From Balanoglossus misakiensis (lineage: Eukaryota; Animalia; Hemichordata), in contig CM082593.2 of NCBI GenBank assembly GCA_040954595.2, forward strand, positions 7,724,043 through 7,788,042: a DNA stretch of 64,000 nt, given 5' to 3'. The notes below the pieces were generated by a model that worked only from the letters and a program-made list of their open reading frames with translations, did not search any database and was not told the DNA's origin. The first letter of the stretch is position 1. Every line of letters begins with the position of its first letter. Shown here in pieces: positions 56,201 to 64,000 of this stretch. A program made the translations under genes and the position numbers.

Positions 56201-59200
56201 CCTTGCCCTAGTTGTCACAAAATGTGCAATTGCAACATATTAGTCAATACTCTGCCAACTTACCGCCAAGTGTTATGGAAGTTTATTTTTAGAACCGCTT
56301 GCGTTCTGCATAAGTCGCAACACAAAACTTTGCAGTCGGTCAGCTAGCTATGTAAAGCTACTGAGACAGGGGAAATATTAGGTAAGGTTGACAACTGACT
56401 TTCCCACTGTCAAGATTTGCAAGGAATGCATTTGCTTAGTGAGGCCAGGACATTAATTGCCCAACCAAGCAAAAATCCACATGGGCGGAGCTCATTATCA
56501 CACATAGACATTGCTACAACTATTGTTCACATCAGGGTGATAATCACCTCCCCATTAGCCCTTCTTGCCGTAACACCTGCCCCAAATTGCCGTAATGGAG
56601 CACACATTCTTTTGTTTCAAACTACGGGAACCTTTGTAGTTGCCATAAACTAAGACAAAAAACATCAATTAACCAACAATAGAGGTGTTGCCGTAACATC
56701 TCTGCTACAACTAGTGCGGGAACTTTCCCGTACAGTTTAGTTGTTGTACGGTGTTGGGACTGTATATGTTTAAACTGAGAAAAATTAATTTGTGGTATAC
56801 AGTCACATAATGCAAATTTAGCTATGGTTACCATGGAAATCAAAGATCTAGAATTCACTGGGTGGCCACCCCAAAAAATTGCGCCACCACATGGTCATTC
56901 AAAGATTTCAGACATGCCTTTTGAACTGTATCAGGTATAATAATCTTTTAACCTTTTTAACCCCATGATTTGGCCCACAACCATTGTTCTCTATGACAAA
57001 GTTGGACCTCTACATAGGGAAATGAGGATAAAAGTTTTAATCTCTTACCTCCAATTAGCAACATCTTCTTCTGCATCTTTCTCTTTTGTGAGTTTAATGG
57101 CAATGTAATGATACAACTCATTGACCAATGAATCCACATCTATATCTCGTAATGCGGTCTGCAGATTTTGTTCTTGTTCAGGGTTTAGTTCCTCTCTGAA
57201 GTCATCCAGGCTATCAAAAGGATCCTATCGAAAAATGAACAACCCACAAGTTACATGTGCCTGAGGATAAGTGCACAGTACATATGCATACCCACTCTCT
57301 CTGTCAGTTACATGTACATCCAACCCAATGTGGAGAAAATTTGCAAATTTTATTTTACATTTGAAAAATGTGGATGAGAACACATACATGCAGACATCGT
57401 AAAGCTGACACCATCAGTATTGTTTGATTATACAAAAGTTACCTGATAGTTGAGTGAAAGCCTTCTTGCTCTCTCTACAGCCAACAGCTGCCATAGAGGT
57501 AAGATGTGTTTTAACTGGCATGGGTATCTGACCTAGAGGTAAAAATTAAAGAAATTAGTCTTTCAGGAGTACTGTACACTAAGCCTTATCGTAATTGAAT
57601 ATTCTGACTGCACAATACACATGGCTTTTTCTTTTCATGTTTGAATCTAGACTACATTTATCTTACTGTTGCAGTATGATTATTATTTGATGTTATGTTG
57701 CTGCATAATTCACTTCTGATTCATTATTCAGAAATACAGGATATGTGCCAAATAATTTTTGACAGTGTGCAGCATTGTAATGTTGTTTTTGATTGGTCAG
57801 TTCCTTTGCCAATTCACTCAACATCCAGGAGTACAACCTGTGAATAAATATAATGCAACTTTAAAATGAAGATTAATCCTTTAAAGATGTTGCACACTGC
57901 CCCAGTAATCATTTTTTTCATTACAATCTGTTTGTGCATACCTTCATCTCATCTCTTTCCATCTTGAGAACATTGCACAAATACTTGACGATTAACATAT
58001 CTGGTTTACCACCGGACGAAGCCAAGAAACCGATGGCAATGTCCAGACAAGCCAAGGAATCAGAGACTTCAGGTAGTGACCGCAATTGTGATAGGATCTG
58101 GTGTTGTTCTGCCTTGGATAAAGGCTCCTGTTAATGTAGAATTTGATCATCAAGTAGTATTGTCAGAAATGATAATTGCGCATGTGATAACTGTACGAAC
58201 AATTACCATCTTATGAGCACAAATGTATACCTGTCCATTTCATCCAAATGAACATATTTATGAATCTGGGTCGGGTAAGAAATCAATATTTATCTCAGCT
58301 ATTGAGCCATTTTTTCTTGAGGTGGGATTTTGGTTGAGTGGTTTGCTTTGTTACGTAAATTACAGTAGGTCTGTATTTAAATCCTGTAATATGCAAGTTA
58401 TTTACTAGCATATTATGAATAAGTCAGAGAGAAATTCATGATGCTGAATGACTTTATTATATGGGGGTCACACAGGGACCATTAGGACGTTTCTAAACCG
58501 TCTCAGATAAAACACTACTGTAAATTATTATGTGTGAACGGTTTAAGTGGTCCTGAAACGTCTCAGATTTGAGACAGCTTTGTCGGTGCCTATACATAAA
58601 CTTTGTGTGTGTGGACACAAGGCGACTGAAAGGATTAATGCTCTGTGTTTACCATAGGCAAATAGTGTCTCAAATTTTACCCTGTGTGAACCTGGTAATA
58701 CTTGAAACCTTAATGTATTAACTACTAACATATTTACCTGGGTGATTTTACTTTTCAATGTTTCAAACACAGCGGCATCCCTAGAGTCTTGTCTGAACAC
58801 CAGCTGCTCAATTTTCCTGTGGATCTTTGCCTTGCTGCGTATGAATCTCTCTTCCAGCTGTCTCTCCAAGGACATCAGGTCATACTCCACAAGAGTGCCA
58901 TGTCCGACTTCTAGGGAATAGTTGCAGTGAGACAGCACCATGGGGAGGAGGTCCTTTTCTGGGTCATAGGCGATCAGATCGGCTGGAGTCAGCTCACTGG
59001 GTTTGATCTCCTTATCACTAGAACACGAGTAAAAGGACAATTACAGCCATTGCGAATCTTGCTGACATGCCTTGTATACTGCCTTGTATGTCTGTATACT
59101 GGAAGAGTAGCATTTGAAAATATTGCTTGTGAAATACCACTCTCTACTTTGTTTTTCGATGACTGTGTATAAAAGACAAGGAAACTTTTGAAGTGCACAT

Positions 59201-62200
59201 CCAAGAAATACTATTTTAATCACTGCTAGTGGGTGGTATATGTACACGGGATGAGATACAAGACTCATTGCTCAAATACAGCACTTCGGTTCACCAGATT
59301 CACAATAGGTGAACTGGAAACACGATGCAACTCTTATGCAAACGAGCAAAAGTTTTGACAATTTAAAAAGCTTAGTCTATTACTGGTTCTTATCAGTGAG
59401 TTTCGCACCCGTGATAAGTAGCATAAATAGTGTTATGAAGAAAATATTTATTGATCGCTTTGTGTACAGATATCAGAGAGGAAACACTACAAGGAAATAT
59501 CATTCGGTGCATGTATTATAATACACATGTATGTGAACCATTATACTTATGATTATCAGTCAGTGACTGAAGCATGATATTCAAATTTTTCCAATAATCA
59601 AAATTATTTTTAAGTAATATGTAACAACCATGCATTTTTCAATCAGATGTGAAACTTTGGTTGATTGACGTCAACATTAAATGATCAGTCACCAAGAACA
59701 ATTTTGAAAAAAAAATGAAAATACTAGAATCAAAATTAAAGCTACAGGCAGCGTTGGCAGGACCCAAGCAGTTCTCATAGAATGCCAATCCAATATGGCG
59801 ACCAAAGTCACTTGACTGTTCACGATTTTATTCTCAAACTTTGAAGGGAAGAGGACATGTGTACCGTACACCAAATTTGAACTTGATTGGCCCTGTAATT
59901 TTTTTGGAGAAGTCAATTACAAGATTTCGTGAAATCCAATATGCCACCAGGTCATGTGACTCATTGAAAATCGAGGGTTCAATGCACAACTTTTCATTGG
60001 GTTTTATTTCACTGTACCAAGTTTGAGATGGGTAGGTGCTGGAGTTTTCCAGATTTAGTGGGCCCAAGATTTACCAATACAAATACGGGCTGAAGCTCTG
60101 TTGGCCCTGGCCCCTAAAAATTCAAAGGGGAATGCTGTTACCTTGTTGGATGTTTGGTTATGGCTTTGTATGTGTCCATGAACTTATTCTGTGTGATGAT
60201 CAGGAAGTCCACAAGAGCAGTTGAACAGACACCATCACCTTTCCTGGTGGGAAGTATGGTTGCCAGACTGGTGTTACTAGTGATGGTTTGGTCACACAAC
60301 TCTTTAGGGACGAACAAGCCACCTGTTGGTGAAGAGAAGTCAGGGAATAAGACATTTGTAGTTTAATAAAAAAATTCAAACATGTCGTACGAGCTTTGAT
60401 CATAACCACACGGAAAGCTGGACTATTAAGTTTAACACTTCTTGTTCAAAGGTGCATGGTTTTAAAAACAGTCAGAGACACTGACAGATGATCTCTGATT
60501 ATTTTGATGAGAAATTATATCCTCTGTACATGCACCACTTAGTAAAACAAAGTAAATGTAGTACATTTACAGTACTCTTTAATTTCGACTCACCATAGTT
60601 GAACACATCTTGTCTGACGAAATTCCATGCTGTTGCAAAGCTTTCCATCAGCTGACGGTGTTTGTCTCTGATGAGACCTGTGCATTTAAAACAAGGATGA
60701 AACAGGGTTTACATAATTATGCAGTCTCAACCTGACCCACGATTTTCTAGAAAGAAGTATTTGAGATCAAAATTTGACCCAGAGTGGATGGGCAGTTATT
60801 GTGTGCCAAATGCTTGCAACAAAATATGAGTTATACGTATACCGGTAATTGATACATGTAGCATGAAAGGCTAAATCAATTTCCTGAAGTCATGGAACCC
60901 TGATGAATAGTGTCATTCCTAATATCAGCACTTAGATTAGAAAAGCAGAAAACAGGATTTGCAAGACTTCACATGGCAACAAGAGTTTTGGTGACACTGG
61001 AAATGTACAATGATTCACAAAGAATAAATCAGCTATGACAATTTTGATAATAATAATTCTGTCACCAATCCTATAAACCAGCACTCACTCACCTCTGGGC
61101 AGTCCATCTAGGAACTTCCCTATCTTCAAATTTTTGGCTTCGTGGAGATCAATATTCCTGTGGTATCGGTCTATCAAAAGTTGCTGTAATTGGATGATGT
61201 CTGGCAAGTACTTCAAGGCACGTAAATTGTGTTCCTGCAGGAAAGATATTATGGGACCAAATTCACAATTACAGTCTGATCAAAATCGTTGTCTCTGTGA
61301 TTACAATGTGCCATTGGACTGATTTCTGGGCAGGATTTTTGTTTATATGAATATGTATTAAACATGTTGAAAAAGTGGTGAGAAATAATTGGCAGAACAC
61401 CCAAACATATAGTGCTTCAGTCATATATTTAAATATGCACCAGTGAAACACGCTCTCCTCATTTCTACATTGTATGCTACTACCGTACTTGCCCGGGTAA
61501 GAACCCCTGCTCGGACAAACGCCCCCCCTGGTTTTAGGGCCCATTTGAAGATCGAGGTCATATCCGGTCTAAAGCATGATTGCCACGATTAAGATAGATG
61601 TATTTACGTGCGTCCGTCCGTCGACGTCTAAGTATTAAATGCATGGGTGGGATCGACCATTTACCAAACGGGATGTTTTGTCTGCGCCCATGGTGTCCCG
61701 ATTAAACGGCGGCGACTGTAATATGTTTTCTGTATTTGATTTATGGGTAAAAACTTTTTATTATTTAATAAATACATTGTTTGACCGTGAAATGTTTGGC
61801 CATGTTATTTGCATCATTATTCACCCCTTCCTCGTGTCCCTAGGCCCTCATTTGCATAAATGTCGAGGTTGCGTCCGGGCTAAAGCCCCCCCCCCCCCCC
61901 CCCCCTGTTTTTTCGCTAATCTATGGGCCCAGCACCCGGGGCTCTTACCCGGGCAAGTACGGTATTGTACACTGCATATGGAAATGTATTGGATGATAGA
62001 GCCACAGGTTACAGCAGAAGTATGATAATTTGTACTGTCAAAAAAAAATTATCTGTTGTACCGGTACAGATGGTTTGCTTTATTTGAATATTGGACAACT
62101 TGGAATTTATTTACCTTGTCGAGGAACTCTTGCAGTATTCTACATTTCTTCTTGTTTTTCTTGGCAGCCATACTCTCTTGCAGAGCATGCGTCAGATGTT

Positions 62201-63588
62201 CAATAGTAACTCTCGATCTGTATCTCCACACTGTCAGGTTGTTGTACAAGGAGTCCATGACCAGGTCTTGGGACGAAGGATCGACTTCGTGTAGCAATTT
62301 CAACAAAGGGTTGTTTCCAAGTCTCTTGTCATCATGCACCAGTTTGTTGGCTGTCTGAAGTTCTGGAGTGGCATTCTGTGACAAAAGCATTGTTGAAACG
62401 ATTTTATTGTTATCATTATTTTCGAATTTTTATGAAACTTGCAGTGAATGGACAGTCAGACTCCACACTGAAACCCTACAATCAGTCAACCACATGTTGT
62501 ATGCATGTTCCAGAGCTAAATCAATTTTTTCAAATTATTGTACATTTTGTTGAATTTCTGTGGTACAACACATTAAACTCCATCCTGACTAGCACTATCT
62601 CATCCATTAATCTGTGACTTTCCTGCCGTCTGCACAGAGTGAAATCTAATTTCACGGAAGAGACCTTTTTTCCATGAATATCACTGCTGATGGATATCAC
62701 TTGCATTTCCTGAGTCGGTCCAATCAAACATGGCATGACTAACCTGTATGATGGGATTGATGAAGTTCCTTGTGAATGAATCCTCCCACTGATGTCTGCA
62801 TTTCTTTGAAGTAAGTAGTGGGTTGAACTGCTCATGACCTGTTGTTCAAATGACATATTCAAATTTAAATGTCATAGTTATTCCAGAAAGCTGGCTAGAC
62901 ACATGCTATCCTGTTACTGACAAAAGTCCATGATTTCAGACTTTAACTTGAATCAGCAGAAGCCTAGTAATAGAAACTGGCAAGAAAATTAATGTTATTG
63001 ACAAGTTTTGTATGCCAGACTCCTTGCTGGATGAATTAGCACGCCGGAGGCAAGTCCTGAATTAGAGCCCTACAAAATTAAAGAAAGAATTAACAATGAT
63101 TACCAAGTTTTCCAAAGTCTTTTACAAGTCAAGCAAGTGATTATAGACTCAACATCGAAATTGGTATTAATGCAAATTCATTTCCATCTGACTGATGAAT
63201 TAATCAGCAGTATTAAAGTTCTCAATTGTGCAGTTGCAGCTCAAAGACAATTTTGCCAACCAGGCACATGCGTTTTAAGGGTCCACATGGCTATACCTAA
63301 CAGAAACATGTCTTATTTTAATGCACTGATTTGAATCAGAAGACATACATGTACTGAGTATAAAGTCCGTTCTCATACAATACTGACTGAGTATTATCAT
63401 GGCAAACTCATACCTTGCGGTTTGGTCGTCAACATTCTATGGAGAACCATGTGAATGATCAGGGCCGAATCATCTACACTCTTTCCGCTTGCACGGGACA
63501 ACAGTTGAAGATCAAACTCCAGATGTTGCCACAGAAACTGTGGAATACCATTGGCATTCACTGTCGGGTGAATGACACCAACCAGATT
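53281..63588 (-). CDS. RNF213: E3 ubiquitin ligase RNF213 (mysterin)-like, C-terminal exons; gene continues beyond the window
   Basis: Phase-consistent exons 63588-63414, 62838-62744, 62375-62115, 61234-61093, 60677-60594, 60322-60142, 59017-58738, 58127-57942, 57532-57443, 57224-57049, 53434-53281 (TAG). Peptides FLWQHLEFDL, DKRLGNNPL, LRALKYLPDIIQLQ, ILPTRKGDGVCSTALVDFL, LIAYDPEKDLLPMVLSHCNYSLEVG, IGFLASSGG, CQLKHILPLW and WSLRDVL...LPEDILVKHC match the RNF213 C-terminus. Confidence 0.92.
59650..60115. repeat. Decayed interspersed repeat with ccaaatttg-type subrepeats
   Basis: Recurring accaaatttg/ccaagtttg and tggcgacca motifs; similar style at about 1120-1720 and 48590-49200. Family not determined. 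Confidence 0.4.
61481..61964. mobile_element. TA-flanked MITE (Tc1/mariner/pogo-type)
   Basis: Perfect TIR taccgtacttgcccgggtaaga / tcttacccgggcaagtacggta. Confidence 0.88.
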
Positions 63589-64000
63589 CTACAAATAAGA
63601 AATGTACTGATTTTGGTTCATGTCAGTTTTTGCATGACTGTGATACAAACTTAACCAAATACATATTTTTTCATAGTATTTCTATTCTATCAGGGAACTA
63701 CATTTTCTTCCTTAACAGTGAATACATGTAACTAAATGTATACACATTTTTTCTTACGTTAATTTTCAGGCAACTTGCCAGTAAAATATGGCATGTAGAT
63801 CCTGGAAGATTCTTAACAATTACTGACATGTCCACTGATGTGAAAATTTGAACAGATAATGGAGTGAAGGTGTGGCGTTAGGGACACACTAATTTTTATT
63901 ATTTATATTTAATTATAATTTAGGATTTAAATGTACATCCTATAGAACAGGTAAAATATTTATATTAAGATAACAGCACAGATACAAAAGACAGCATTAA

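Noticed and set aside
62995-63070. Acceptor-like tttaattttgtag at 63071 (minus) as an extra RNF213 exon
   Set aside because: It gives an immediate stop in the required phase, and 63414 splices in frame to 62838 without it.

Overview
Eukaryotic, AT-rich, intron-rich animal DNA, most likely an invertebrate deuterostome; the taxon is inferred from gene content and style, not proven. I reconstructed five protein-coding genes exon by exon, checking splice phase by hand. (1) The 3' part of an Enigma/Zasp-family PDZ-LIM gene (+, 201-9973, three C-terminal LIM domains). (2) A chondroitin sulfate N-acetylgalactosaminyltransferase with an intronless CDS (+, 15634-17283). (3) A 33-exon secreted scavenger-receptor gene (-, 37221-19497): signal peptide, 14 group-A SRCR domains, a Pro/Thr stalk and a C-terminal F-type (fucolectin) domain. 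Its SRCR array has a hierarchical repeat structure, one frameshifted exon, one GC donor and a His-to-Gln change in the fucose-binding motif. (4) A complete DAPP1/Bam32 SH2-PH adaptor (-, 47343-42884). (5) The 3' end of RNF213/mysterin (-, >63588-53281). Introns and intergenic DNA hold many MITEs (TTAA- and TA-flanked), a SINE/L2-like tail, microsatellites and a minimal Penelope-type hammerhead ribozyme with one core mutation. No prokaryotic features, tRNA/rRNA genes or CRISPR arrays were seen. Most short ORFs in the supplied track are spurious.
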